Of a stretch of DNA of 64,000 nt, positions 37,960 through 47,558 are shown one piece after another (the first letter of the stretch is position 1; each line of letters begins with the position of its first letter). The translations under genes and the position numbers were made by a program. This stretch comes from Alphaproteobacteria bacterium (GTDB lineage: Bacteria; Pseudomonadota; Alphaproteobacteria; CAAHEQ01; UBA3637), in the NCBI GenBank assembly GCA_015062395.1, contig SUUS01000004.1, positions 18,943 through 82,942 on the forward strand, read 5' to 3'. A model generated the notes under the pieces. The model searched no databases. It saw only the letters and a list, made by a program, of their open reading frames with translations, and was not told the DNA's origin.

Positions 37960-39024
37960 TTATTTTTCTTGTATTTTTTTTACGGCAGACTTTAATTGCC
38001 CACAGGCAGCCATGATGTCTTGTCCACGCGATACACGAATGGGGGCAGCGATATATGCATCTTCCAATACGCGTGCAAAACGGTGTATTTGATTATTGGA
38101 TGTCGGTTCAAATCCACAGTTTTCCCAAGGATTAAAGGGAATTAAATTAAATTTGACTTCCAATCCTTTGACCAATTGGATTAATTCTTTTGCATTTTCC
38201 AGCGAATCGTTAACACCCTTTAACAACACGTATTCCATCGTGATGTATTGACGATGTTGTTGACGTGCTTGAAATTCATGACATGCTTTTATTAATACTT
38301 CCAACGGATATTTTTTATTAATCGGCATAATTTTATTGCGAATCGAATCGTTCGATGCGTGCAAACTGATTGCTAACTTAACGCCCAAATCAGTCGCCAG
38401 ATTCGGAATTTTATCAGCGATTCCACATGTTGATACCGTCACGCGTCTTTTGGATAAAGCGATTCCTTGTCCGTCTGTCAAGATTCGCATTGCTTGGACC
38501 AAATTATCGTAATTCATTAATGGTTCACCCATGCCCATTACAACTACATTGGATAAAAAACGTGTTTCATTGGTGGGGGATGGCCATTCGCCATAACTGT
38601 CTCTGGCAGCCATGAATTGCCCCACAATTTCTCCTGCCGTTAAATTACGCAACATCTTTTGCGTTCCTGTATGACAGAACTTGCATCCCATTAAGCATCC
38701 AACTTGCGTCGATAGGCAAACAGCTCCCCGATCTTCTTCTGGAATATAAACAGTTTCAACTTCATTTCCGTCAGCGAATCGAAATAACCATTTGCGTGTT
38801 CCATCTGTTGAATTTTTTTCAGTTATTACTTCTGGACGTGAAATGATATATTTTTCAGACAACTTTTGTTGAAACGCTTTTGACAAAGATGACATTTTGA
38901 AAAAATCAGTTTCACCTTTGTTATAGATCCATTGCCATAATTGTTTTGTCCGAAAGGGTTTCTCTCCCATTTCGGACAAAAGTGATGTTAATTGTTCGTT
39001 AGATAGGCCAACTAAATCTTGCAT
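37960..39024 (-). CDS. rlmN: 23S rRNA m2A2503 / tRNA m2A37 methyltransferase (radical SAM)
   Basis: CLSTQVGCLMGCKFCHTG radical-SAM cluster. MGMGEPLMN, C-terminal ..GQDIMAACGQL. Confidence 0.9.
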   Translation of the reverse strand: MQDLVGLSNEQLTSLLSEMGEKPFRTKQLWQWIYNKGETDFFKMSSLSKAFQQKLSEKYIISRPEVITEKNSTDGTRKWLFRFADGNEVETVYIPEEDRGAVCLSTQVGCLMGCKFCHTGTQKMLRNLTAGEIVGQFMAARDSYGEWPSPTNETRFLSNVVVMGMGEPLMNYDNLVQAMRILTDGQGIALSKRRVTVSTCGIADKIPNLATDLGVKLAISLHASNDSIRNKIMPINKKYPLEVLIKACHEFQARQQHRQYITMEYVLLKGVNDSLENAKELIQLVKGLEVKFNLIPFNPWENCGFEPTSNNQIHRFARVLEDAYIAAPIRVSRGQDIMAACGQLKSAVKKIQEK

Positions 39025-39027
39025 GTT

Positions 39028-39540
39028 TTATTTTTTACCACATGCCTTATCTATTGCATTGGCTGCTTTTGTAAAGCCTTTTAATGAGAACGTATCCGTC
39101 GTTGTATTGCCCAAAGACGATTTCCCAACAATAACAGCTTTGTTTCCAGCTTTCATCATACGATAAAGTTGATTATCAATGTCCGTTTTGGGTGCCCATG
39201 CTGTATCTTCGTGTGTGAATAATTCAATTTTTTCTTTTTTATCTATTTGAATTGTTGCAACAGAACCCTTCTTATAGTTATAACCAGCAGTCAAGCTGAC
39301 AACATTGAAAGATTTTTCCTTTGGACGATGTGCAACAATCAAGAAAATTTCCCCTCTACGTTTATATTTTCCTGCAGATTTTTGGGGAACTGATGCCATA
39401 TAGCATAAATTAGCCCCATTTTCTTTCATTTTATAAGCACTCCAATCGCCATAAGTTCCCAATAAAGTACGATTTTCTGCCGCTTTTGCAACGGATGTAA
39501 AAGCTATTAAACACAAAACAAGCAAAGCAATTTTTTTCAT
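39028..39540 (-). CDS. ialB: Invasion-associated locus B (IalB) family periplasmic protein
   Basis: 170 aa. Signal peptide, then GTYGDWSAYKMKENGANLCYMAS and a C-terminal ..DKACG, consistent with the IalB-family pattern. Confidence 0.55.
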   Translation of the reverse strand: MKKIALLVLCLIAFTSVAKAAENRTLLGTYGDWSAYKMKENGANLCYMASVPQKSAGKYKRRGEIFLIVAHRPKEKSFNVVSLTAGYNYKKGSVATIQIDKKEKIELFTHEDTAWAPKTDIDNQLYRMMKAGNKAVIVGKSSLGNTTTDTFSLKGFTKAANAIDKACGKK

Positions 39541-39590
39541 TTTTATCTCCTTATCATATTTATTAAGGAAAGTTTACAATGATTTTTATT

Positions 39591-40697
39591 TTATTGCAAC
39601 GCTTTTTTTTCATTTTCCTGTGTTTTATTTACTTCTTCTTTTACATCTTTTAAAACTGGAGGGGTCGGAATTTCCAATCTCTTCATTTTAGGCAGAGCCT
39701 TTGCCGTTGTTTTAGATACTTTGTTTTTTTTGATTTGTCGCCATTGCTGAACGTTTTCTTGATGCTCTTTATAAGACGGGGCAAAGGTATGCCCTCCTGT
39801 CCCATCGGCAACAAAATATAAATCTTCTGTTTTTTGTGGATTTAAAACAGCAGCTATCGAATCTTTCCCTGGATTCGATATCGCAGTCGGTGGTAATCCA
39901 TAAATAATATACGTATTAAACGGATGTTTCTTTTTTAAATCATTCGACCAAAGTTTGCGCTTAAATATCCCCGTTTTGTCAGATAATCCGTAAATAACTG
40001 TTGGATCTGATTGAAGACGCATTTTTTGTGATAACCTGTTTAAAAATACAGACGCTATATGAGCGCGTTCATCATCTTTTGATGTTTCTTTTTCAATTAT
40101 GGATGCTAAAATGATGACATCTTCTTTACTTTTCAATATCAAATCTTTTTGACGCGTTTCCCATAATTTGTCAATCGTTCGGTTCATCGCATTTGTCATT
40201 CTGTCGATTAAGTGTTGTTTGCTGTCCCCTGCAGAATAATAGTATGTTTCTGGCAATAAAGACCCTTCTGCAGGAATGGTTTTTATTTGTCCACTTAACG
40301 AATCGGTTTTATTTAATAATTCTACTATTTGATATGAAGTTAACCCCTCGGGAATTGTGATTCTTCGGATAAATGTTTTTCCCCCTGTTAAAATATCCAT
40401 GACCATCTTTGCGCTGGCTCGGGCTGGAATAGAGTATTCACCTGCTTTCAATTCTGATGATTTATTGCTGACTCTGACCCCAAGTGTAAATATCGCAGGA
40501 CTTTCAATAATGCCTTGTTTATGTAAGTAAGAGGCTATTTTCTTCAAAGAAAACCCTTTTTCGATGAAAACTTCTGTTCTTTTTTCCAAAGGTCCTTCTG
40601 ATATGAAAAATTCATATGTCGAAAAGACAGAGCTCCCAATTAAACCTGCTGTAATGAATGCAATCAGCATATAAATAAAAAATGATTTTCGTATCAT
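39591..40697 (-). CDS. mltG: Endolytic murein transglycosylase MltG (YceG-like)
   Basis: N-terminal TM helix. ..LASIIEKETSKDDERAHIASVFLNRLSQKMRLQSDPTVIYG.. is the YceG signature. Confidence 0.85.
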   Translation of the reverse strand: MIRKSFFIYMLIAFITAGLIGSSVFSTYEFFISEGPLEKRTEVFIEKGFSLKKIASYLHKQGIIESPAIFTLGVRVSNKSSELKAGEYSIPARASAKMVMDILTGGKTFIRRITIPEGLTSYQIVELLNKTDSLSGQIKTIPAEGSLLPETYYYSAGDSKQHLIDRMTNAMNRTIDKLWETRQKDLILKSKEDVIILASIIEKETSKDDERAHIASVFLNRLSQKMRLQSDPTVIYGLSDKTGIFKRKLWSNDLKKKHPFNTYIIYGLPPTAISNPGKDSIAAVLNPQKTEDLYFVADGTGGHTFAPSYKEHQENVQQWRQIKKNKVSKTTAKALPKMKRLEIPTPPVLKDVKEEVNKTQENEKKALQ

Positions 40698-40730
40698 GTA
40701 AAACCTCTGCTTACTTTGTTTTTTATATGA

Positions 40731-41984
40731 TTAGCTCTTTTTCTTCAATTTTGCAATGAAAAAGCCATCCATGTTTTGATAAGGAAATGTACGGATGAAG
40801 CCTTCGGGTGTTCTAAAATCATCCAATCTTTTGTCGTTTATTGGAACAATATCAAATAGGTCTTTGACTTGTTCAATAATGTCTTCCCCTTCTTGTTTTT
40901 GTAATGAACAAGTGCAATAAACAACCGTTCCGTTTTCCTTTAAATGCTTATGCGCTGTTTTTAATAACTTTAGCTGTGCAATGTTTAGTTTTTTGATATC
41001 TTCTGGCGTCCTGTGAAAGTACAAGTCAGGGTGTCTGCGAATAGTTCCCGTTGCAGAGCAGGGCGCATCTATTAAAATAGCGTCATATATTTTGTCATTT
41101 TCGATTTTGTTCGCATCAGACACAATTAAATTGGCTGTCAGATTTAACCGTTTTAAATTTTCTTCCACGCGTTTCATTCTTTTTTCTGAAATGTCAAATG
41201 CATCAACTTTTGCCCCTTTCACAATCAGGGCGGCTGTTTTCCCTCCAGGTGCTGCGCAAAAATCGGCAACGTATTTATCCTTTAAGTCATCAAATACCAA
41301 AACAGGCAACGCAGCTGCAGCATCTTGTACCCACCAAGCGCCTTCATTAAATCCTTCCAACTCTGGGATATAAACATTTGCTGGTAATTCCAACGAGCCT
41401 GTGGATGTTTGTTTTGCCTTTAATTTCTTTTCCCAAAGGATAACATCGTCTTTGACAGAAACGAATGTCGCAGGTTGTGTTAGGTTGGCTTGACATATCT
41501 TAAAGGCGTTTTCTTTAGCATATGATGCTTCCCAAATGTCAAATAACCATTTGGGCGTATTAAAAATAAAGTCATCTTCTTTAATTAAATTTTCTTTTTG
41601 TCTTAAAAAAGTTCTTAAAACACCGTTAATAAGCTTTGTATAAAAATCAAGTTTTAATTCTTTTGCCAAATCTACTGCCGTTGATACTGCCGCATGTGGT
41701 GGAACTTCCATCCATTCAATTTGACAAATGGCAAGACGCAGAATATCAGTGACCTTTTTTGCTTTGTTAGGAAGTGGCTTTTCAATCAGCGTATTTAAAA
41801 TTTTATCAATTTGTCCACATCTGCGCAGACATGTCGTGACAAGCATTCTGACGAAAGCTTTATCTTGCGCCGATAACGTATTCGTTTGTTTATCAAAAAC
41901 ATCATCTAAATTTTGTTTTTTTCCGATGACTTCGAACAAGGCATTTAATGCAACCAATCTAGGAAACAGAATTTCTTTTGTCAT
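40731..41984 (-). CDS. rsmB: 16S rRNA (cytosine967-C5)-methyltransferase (Sun/RsmB family)
   Basis: NusB-like N-terminus, SAM motif DFCAAPGGKTAAL, catalytic ..DAPCSATGTIRRHPD.. and ..CTCSLQ. Confidence 0.85.
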   Translation of the reverse strand: MTKEILFPRLVALNALFEVIGKKQNLDDVFDKQTNTLSAQDKAFVRMLVTTCLRRCGQIDKILNTLIEKPLPNKAKKVTDILRLAICQIEWMEVPPHAAVSTAVDLAKELKLDFYTKLINGVLRTFLRQKENLIKEDDFIFNTPKWLFDIWEASYAKENAFKICQANLTQPATFVSVKDDVILWEKKLKAKQTSTGSLELPANVYIPELEGFNEGAWWVQDAAAALPVLVFDDLKDKYVADFCAAPGGKTAALIVKGAKVDAFDISEKRMKRVEENLKRLNLTANLIVSDANKIENDKIYDAILIDAPCSATGTIRRHPDLYFHRTPEDIKKLNIAQLKLLKTAHKHLKENGTVVYCTCSLQKQEGEDIIEQVKDLFDIVPINDKRLDDFRTPEGFIRTFPYQNMDGFFIAKLKKKS

Positions 41985-41995
41985 TCATTAATTCC

Positions 41996-43636
41996 TTAAC
42001 GTAAAAAGAAGTTGGGAATAGGATCTTCCTTGGCAACTTTTTCTTTTTCCTGTTGTTCTATGAAAGGAGGAATTGCTAAATCATTTTCATCAGGTAAGAC
42101 AGGCGTTGAAATGTTGTTCATTTTCTCCTTATTTTCTTTTTCAATACGCTCTTTGTTCTTTTTTATGATTTCTTCATCATCTTTGCTGCTAAAAAGAGGA
42201 AAAAAATCTCCACCAAAAAAACGACGCCTTTTTTCCTTTACTGGAGCTTCCTGTATTTCCGATGTTTGTTGTACTTCAGTATTCGATTTTTCTTCATCTA
42301 AAACACTTTCTAATAACGAACCAAATAAGTCATTTTTAGTGTCAGATTCTTTCATTTCATTTTCATCCAAATCAACTTCGATTGCAGGATTTGGAATAAA
42401 ACTTTCTTCTGTTTGAATTTTATTGAGAGTATTGTCAACACTCGTTTCAGGTAATGTTTGTATATCTTGGACATTTGCATGAGGGGCAGGTACAAAAATA
42501 GCACTGGGTTTTTGTTCTAAATCTTCTTTTTTTTCTTCATTTCCTGTTGGATTAACTATAATTGGTTCGGGACGCGCATTTATTTCCCGTTCAATTTGAA
42601 GTGTCTTGTTTGCTTTTTGACATTCCAGCCCCGTCGCAACAATAGATACACGAATTTTATCATCCAAAGTTTCATCTTCTCCAATACCATAAATGATATT
42701 AGCATCTTCTTGAACTTCTTGCTGGATTCTTTCAAGAACTTCGCTTTGTTCCATCAAAGATATTTTTTTACCCATCAAGCTGATTAAAACACCCTTTGCA
42801 TCTTTCATTGAAACTTCAAAAAGAGGATTGTTAATCGCTTTTTCAGTTGCATCTATTGCTCTTGTTGGACCACTGGCTTCTCCAGACCCCATAATTGCTT
42901 TTCCCATGTTTTCAGTGATGGTTTTAAAGTCAGCAAAATCAACTTGAACTTTCATGGTTTTCATCATTAAATCTGTGATATTTTTGACGCCTTTATATAA
43001 AATATCATCTGCCATTTTAAATGCTTCATCAAACGTCGTGTTTTCGTCACAAAGGTAAAATAAATTTTGATTCGGAATGGTAATCAGCGTATCTATATAT
43101 TTAGACAATTCTTCAATACCTGCTTCTGCAATTTTCATGCGTCTGCTTCCTTCTGTATTAAACGGTTTTGTCACAACACCAATGGTTAAAATGCCCATTT
43201 CTTTAGCTATTTTAGCAATTACAGGAGAGGCACCTGTCCCGGTTCCTTTTCCCATTCCTGCGGCAATAAATAATAAATTAATTCCTTGCAAAACTTCTTT
43301 GATTTTTTCAGCACTTTCTTCTGCTGCAGCTTTTCCTATTTCTGGTAAAGAACCTGCACCCAATCCTTTTGTCAATGTAGCACCTAATTGGATGCGTTCA
43401 TGTGTTAATGATTGTGTCATGATTTGGGCATCTGTGTTGGCAACGACAAAGCGAGCGCCTTTCAATCCCGATTCAATCATGTTATTAATCGCATTGCCTC
43501 CAGCTCCACCAACGCCCATCACACAGATGTTGGGCGTGATTAAAATTTCTGGTAAATTATCAGGCAAACCGATTTGTAAATCTTCGGAGGTGTTTTCATC
43601 TTGTGGTAGTGTAATTAAAAGCTCTGTTTCATCCAT
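41996..43636 (-). CDS. ftsZ: Cell division GTPase FtsZ (long C-terminal linker)
   Basis: GVGGAGGNAINNM tubulin signature, GGGTGTG. 546 aa with a ~200-aa E/K/D-rich linker and a conserved C-terminal peptide. Confidence 0.95.
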   Translation of the reverse strand: MDETELLITLPQDENTSEDLQIGLPDNLPEILITPNICVMGVGGAGGNAINNMIESGLKGARFVVANTDAQIMTQSLTHERIQLGATLTKGLGAGSLPEIGKAAAEESAEKIKEVLQGINLLFIAAGMGKGTGTGASPVIAKIAKEMGILTIGVVTKPFNTEGSRRMKIAEAGIEELSKYIDTLITIPNQNLFYLCDENTTFDEAFKMADDILYKGVKNITDLMMKTMKVQVDFADFKTITENMGKAIMGSGEASGPTRAIDATEKAINNPLFEVSMKDAKGVLISLMGKKISLMEQSEVLERIQQEVQEDANIIYGIGEDETLDDKIRVSIVATGLECQKANKTLQIEREINARPEPIIVNPTGNEEKKEDLEQKPSAIFVPAPHANVQDIQTLPETSVDNTLNKIQTEESFIPNPAIEVDLDENEMKESDTKNDLFGSLLESVLDEEKSNTEVQQTSEIQEAPVKEKRRRFFGGDFFPLFSSKDDEEIIKKNKERIEKENKEKMNNISTPVLPDENDLAIPPFIEQQEKEKVAKEDPIPNFFLR

Positions 43637-44871
43637 TTTAGCACCTTTTTCAGTAAATTGGGTTGTTTATTCGACTGTTGTTTTATTTTTTTATCTTCTT
43701 TTTGAATGCGATGATTCATTGCATAAAGGAGTAATCCTATTGCTGTAGAAGTTGCCGTCATAGGCAATGTATCTGGTAGTCCTTTGATATAAACTGGTTT
43801 TCCACAGCGAACTTGCGCATCCAGTAAATTCATGGCCTTATCTCTGATACCATCTGTTTGACTGACTCCTCCACACAAAACGATACGTTTCGTTGCGCAA
43901 TCATTCTTTTCTTGAGATAATAAATATGTATATAAAAAATTGAAAATTTGTTCTAATCTTGCAACCATGATAGAAATAAGCACTTTTCTTGATATGGTTG
44001 TTGTTGTCCCTTCTTCTTCTTCCCCGATAAGTGGTAAGGTGACGGTGTTTTTTTCATCGGCAGGTGATGTAAATGCACATCCATATAAAGTTTTTACTCG
44101 CTCTGCATCTTTTAACGGTGTTTTTAAAACATAAGAAATGTCTTTTGTAATTAAATTACCACCTAATGGCAATACGGCTGCATATCGGATAAAACCTTCT
44201 GAAAAAATCGCTAATGATGCAACACCACTACCAATATCAATTAATGTCGTTCCAACTTCTTTTTCGTTTTGCGTTAAAACAGACAAAGCAGAAGCATAAG
44301 GTGTTGCAACTTTTCCAGCCATCCAAACGTGACATTGTTCCAATGCAATGGATAAATTTCGAATTTGAGGCAGAGGAACAGTAATCAAATGCAGTGTGAC
44401 CCCTAATACTTTTCCAGATAAACCAGTCGGTTCGTCAGCAATATCGTTTTGTCCATCTAAACTATAGGATATTGGTATTTGATGGATAATTTCTTTTTCT
44501 TTTAAATCAATTTTGGCCAATGCAGCATCAATAACTTTTCTGACATCAGACGGAATAATAACACGTGTGTCTGGTAATTTTATTTCTGCACTAACGTAAA
44601 CAGATTCCAGTTGAGGAGAAGATATATTTACAATAACAGAATCAATGCGTTTTTTTGCTTTTGTTTCTGCTTCTATTATAGCGTCTTGAATGGAACCTAC
44701 GGCTTGGGGTAAATTGACAATGACACCATTTTTAATTCCTTGAGCTTGGGAACAGCCCATTCCTATAATTGTCATATTATCATCAGAAACTTTTGCAATT
44801 AAGCAGCATATTTTTCCCGAACCAATATCTAATGCAGAAATATAGCCATTTTTAATTAAATGGTTAGCCAT
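43615..44871 (-). CDS. ftsA: Cell division protein FtsA
   Basis: Actin-like fold. ..ISALDIGSGKICCLIA.. and ..VLCGGVSQTDGI... Confidence 0.9.
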   Translation of the reverse strand: MANHLIKNGYISALDIGSGKICCLIAKVSDDNMTIIGMGCSQAQGIKNGVIVNLPQAVGSIQDAIIEAETKAKKRIDSVIVNISSPQLESVYVSAEIKLPDTRVIIPSDVRKVIDAALAKIDLKEKEIIHQIPISYSLDGQNDIADEPTGLSGKVLGVTLHLITVPLPQIRNLSIALEQCHVWMAGKVATPYASALSVLTQNEKEVGTTLIDIGSGVASLAIFSEGFIRYAAVLPLGGNLITKDISYVLKTPLKDAERVKTLYGCAFTSPADEKNTVTLPLIGEEEEGTTTTISRKVLISIMVARLEQIFNFLYTYLLSQEKNDCATKRIVLCGGVSQTDGIRDKAMNLLDAQVRCGKPVYIKGLPDTLPMTATSTAIGLLLYAMNHRIQKEDKKIKQQSNKQPNLLKKVLKWMKQSF

Positions 44872-45707
44872 TATTTATCTCCTTTCTTATCAGAGATGAT
44901 GGCATCTTTCCCATCTGGTTTTATGATGATTTTATCTTCTTGACGTAAATCTATTTTACGTATTTTTTTATCCAGTATTCTATGTTCTTTCTGTAAATCA
45001 TCCAATCGTTTTAATGATTCGGTCAAATCTGTATCTGGCAACAGAACAATAACGCCATTTTCTATATCATCAATATACAGATTCCAACGTCTGGACGATA
45101 CTAATACTGCTGAAATAGTCCGTGTGTATAATATCTCAAATTTTTCAAGAGCCTTAATTAATTCGGGTGCTTTTTGTGGTGCATTTTTTCCAACAACAAT
45201 GGGCAGATAAACACATTCGTCACACATGGAATTGACAATGTCTCCATTTTCATCAACAGGAAAATGTTTTTGTTCTTTTTGCCATAGAGCTATCGGTTTG
45301 CGTTCGTTTAAATAAATATGCAAGATATTAGGTAATTGCCGTCTAACAGATGCTTGTTTAATCCAAGGTAGTTTTTCTAAATTTTCTTGGATACGGTTTA
45401 AATCCAAAGTTGTTATTAACTTGTTTTGGGGGATATTTAATGCTTCGATTATTTGTGCTTCAGACGTTCTTTTTCGGCCAGTAATAAGCGCTTCATTATT
45501 TAATTCGAAGCCAATGTTTCCTAGAGTAGTATGAAATTTATTTATGAACATATTCCATTTTTCTTGTGCGTAGCCGTTATAAACAGACCACAAGCAAAGA
45601 ACAACTAATATGATAAAGACTGTAGTCAAAAAAACACTAAAAATACGGTGAATCCATATTTTAAATGAATTGTTTTTTTGCTTTTGAGTCTTTTTTATTG
45701 TTCGCAT
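44871..45707 (-). CDS. ftsQ: Cell division protein FtsQ
   Basis: N-terminal TM helix plus POTRA-like region, at the canonical position between ddl and ftsA. Confidence 0.75.
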   Translation of the reverse strand: MRTIKKTQKQKNNSFKIWIHRIFSVFLTTVFIILVVLCLWSVYNGYAQEKWNMFINKFHTTLGNIGFELNNEALITGRKRTSEAQIIEALNIPQNKLITTLDLNRIQENLEKLPWIKQASVRRQLPNILHIYLNERKPIALWQKEQKHFPVDENGDIVNSMCDECVYLPIVVGKNAPQKAPELIKALEKFEILYTRTISAVLVSSRRWNLYIDDIENGVIVLLPDTDLTESLKRLDDLQKEHRILDKKIRKIDLRQEDKIIIKPDGKDAIISDKKGDK

Positions 45708-46615
45708 GCTGCTTCCTCTACTAATAAAGATACCAAATCTTCATAAGAAATGCCAGCATATTTTGCCGCTTCAGGTAATAATGATAATGGAGTCATACCT
45801 GGTTGAGTATTTATTTCCAACGCAACGATGTGTGGTTTTTGTGGATTTGTATCATCGTATCTGAAATCCGTTCTAGAAGCGCCTCTGCATCCCAGAATAA
45901 CGTGCGCTTTTTGTGCAAATTGCATCATTTTTTCTTGAGCATCTAATGGAAGGTTTGCAGGAACAATGTGTTCGCTCATACCAGCAAGATATTTATTTTC
46001 ATAATTATAAAAACCTGTTTTGGGAGCAATTTCAGTAATTGCAATAGCTTTTCCATTAATAACAGAAACAGTCATTTCTCGACCTGGAATATATGTTTCC
46101 ATCATGACTTTTGCGCCACCAAAAGGCCACGAAACAATCAAATTTTGTTCTTGTTGTTCGTTTTCAATAATAAATACACCGACAGAAGAACCTTCATTAA
46201 TGGGCTTAATAACATATGGATATGGTAAACTAATGCCACTTTTTATATCGCTTAAAGTGACGATTTTTTCTGGTGCTACAGGAATACCTGCCATATTAAA
46301 CGCCATTTTAGCAAAGTGTTTATCCATTCCGACAGAAGATGCTAAAACGCCAGAGTGAGTATAAGGGATACCCATTAAATTCAGCAATCCTTGGATGTTT
46401 CCATCTTCTCCAAATTTTCCGTGTAAAGCATTAAAAACAACATCAGGTTTGATTTGTTTCAATGTTTCTACAAATAATGGAATATCTTCGGTCAGTTGAA
46501 CTAAATGAGCATCATATCCTTTGGTTAAAAGTGCTTCAAAAACACCTTTGCCTGTTTGTAATGATACCTCTTTTTCACTAGAAAGACCTCCAGCAACAAC
46601 AACAACTTTTTTCAT
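45695..46615 (-). CDS. ddl: D-alanine--D-alanine ligase
   Basis: MKKVVVVAGGLSSEKEVSLQTGKGV.., ATP-grasp motifs. Confidence 0.9.
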   Translation of the reverse strand: MKKVVVVAGGLSSEKEVSLQTGKGVFEALLTKGYDAHLVQLTEDIPLFVETLKQIKPDVVFNALHGKFGEDGNIQGLLNLMGIPYTHSGVLASSVGMDKHFAKMAFNMAGIPVAPEKIVTLSDIKSGISLPYPYVIKPINEGSSVGVFIIENEQQEQNLIVSWPFGGAKVMMETYIPGREMTVSVINGKAIAITEIAPKTGFYNYENKYLAGMSEHIVPANLPLDAQEKMMQFAQKAHVILGCRGASRTDFRYDDTNPQKPHIVALEINTQPGMTPLSLLPEAAKYAGISYEDLVSLLVEEAACEQ

Positions 46616-47557
46616 TTATTCTTCCTCCTGTTGTTTTGATATGCCTACTCTTTTTACTTCCCATTCCAACATCACACCACATTTTTCATAAACTCTTTTT
46701 CTGACCTCTTCACCCAAGCCTTCTACGTCAGCACTGGTTGCTTTTCCTTGATTTATTAAAAAGTTAGCGTGTTTTTCAGATATGATTGCATCACCTTTTT
46801 TCAATCCTCTGCATCCAGCTTTGTCGATTAAAGCCCATGCCTTTAAACCATCTGGATTTTTAAATGTTGAACCAGACGTTTTGACGCCTTGAGGTTGGTT
46901 TGATTCTCTTTTAGTTTTAAATTCGTGCATTTTTTGTGCAATTTTATCGGTATCTTCAGGAATACCTTTAAAAGTTGCTCCAATAAAAATCCAGTCATCT
47001 GGTAAAGCATTTTCACGATATTTGAAAAAATCCGATTGAGGAGTCATTTCCTGAATTTGACCTGACGAATCAACGACTCTAACGGTTTTTAAAATGTCTT
47101 TAATTTCTGAACCATATGCGCCAGCATTCATTCGAAGTGCGCCCCCTACAGTCCCTGGAATCCCAGATAAAAATTCAAAACCAGACAGACCACATTTTTG
47201 TGCGAATCGAGCTAAATCAACACTTAACAATCCTGCGCCACAGATAATGTCATTACCTTGTTGTACGACAGAAGCAAAAGGTTTTCCTAAATGAATAGTA
47301 ATTCCTGGTACGCCACCATCACGAACGATGATATTAGAACCACCACCTAGAATAAGCATTGGAATGGCAGGTTTGTCTTTTATAAAATTACATAAATCTT
47401 TTTCGTCGGCTGGTTCAAAGTAAAACTCTGCGTTTCCTCCGACGCCCATCCATGTTTTTTTTGCCAAAGAAATATTCGTTTTAATTTCGGCTTTTGTTGC
47501 TGGAAAAACAAAATGAAGATGTCTTGAAAATATCTTTTTTAATAAACTAAATAACAT
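46616..47557 (-). CDS. murB: UDP-N-acetylenolpyruvoylglucosamine reductase
   Basis: FAD-binding ..LILGGGSNII.., ..GAGLLSVDLARF.. Confidence 0.9.
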   Translation of the reverse strand: MLFSLLKKIFSRHLHFVFPATKAEIKTNISLAKKTWMGVGGNAEFYFEPADEKDLCNFIKDKPAIPMLILGGGSNIIVRDGGVPGITIHLGKPFASVVQQGNDIICGAGLLSVDLARFAQKCGLSGFEFLSGIPGTVGGALRMNAGAYGSEIKDILKTVRVVDSSGQIQEMTPQSDFFKYRENALPDDWIFIGATFKGIPEDTDKIAQKMHEFKTKRESNQPQGVKTSGSTFKNPDGLKAWALIDKAGCRGLKKGDAIISEKHANFLINQGKATSADVEGLGEEVRKRVYEKCGVMLEWEVKRVGISKQQEEE

Positions 47558-47558
47558 T

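Noticed and set aside
41996-43636. The unusually long FtsZ (546 aa) as a novelty
   Set aside because: Long disordered C-terminal linkers in FtsZ are the norm in alphaproteobacteria, so this is ordinary for the inferred lineage.
42012-43748. Plus-strand ORFs (134 aa and 223 aa) overlapping ftsZ and ftsA
   Set aside because: They are antisense shadows of highly conserved division genes.
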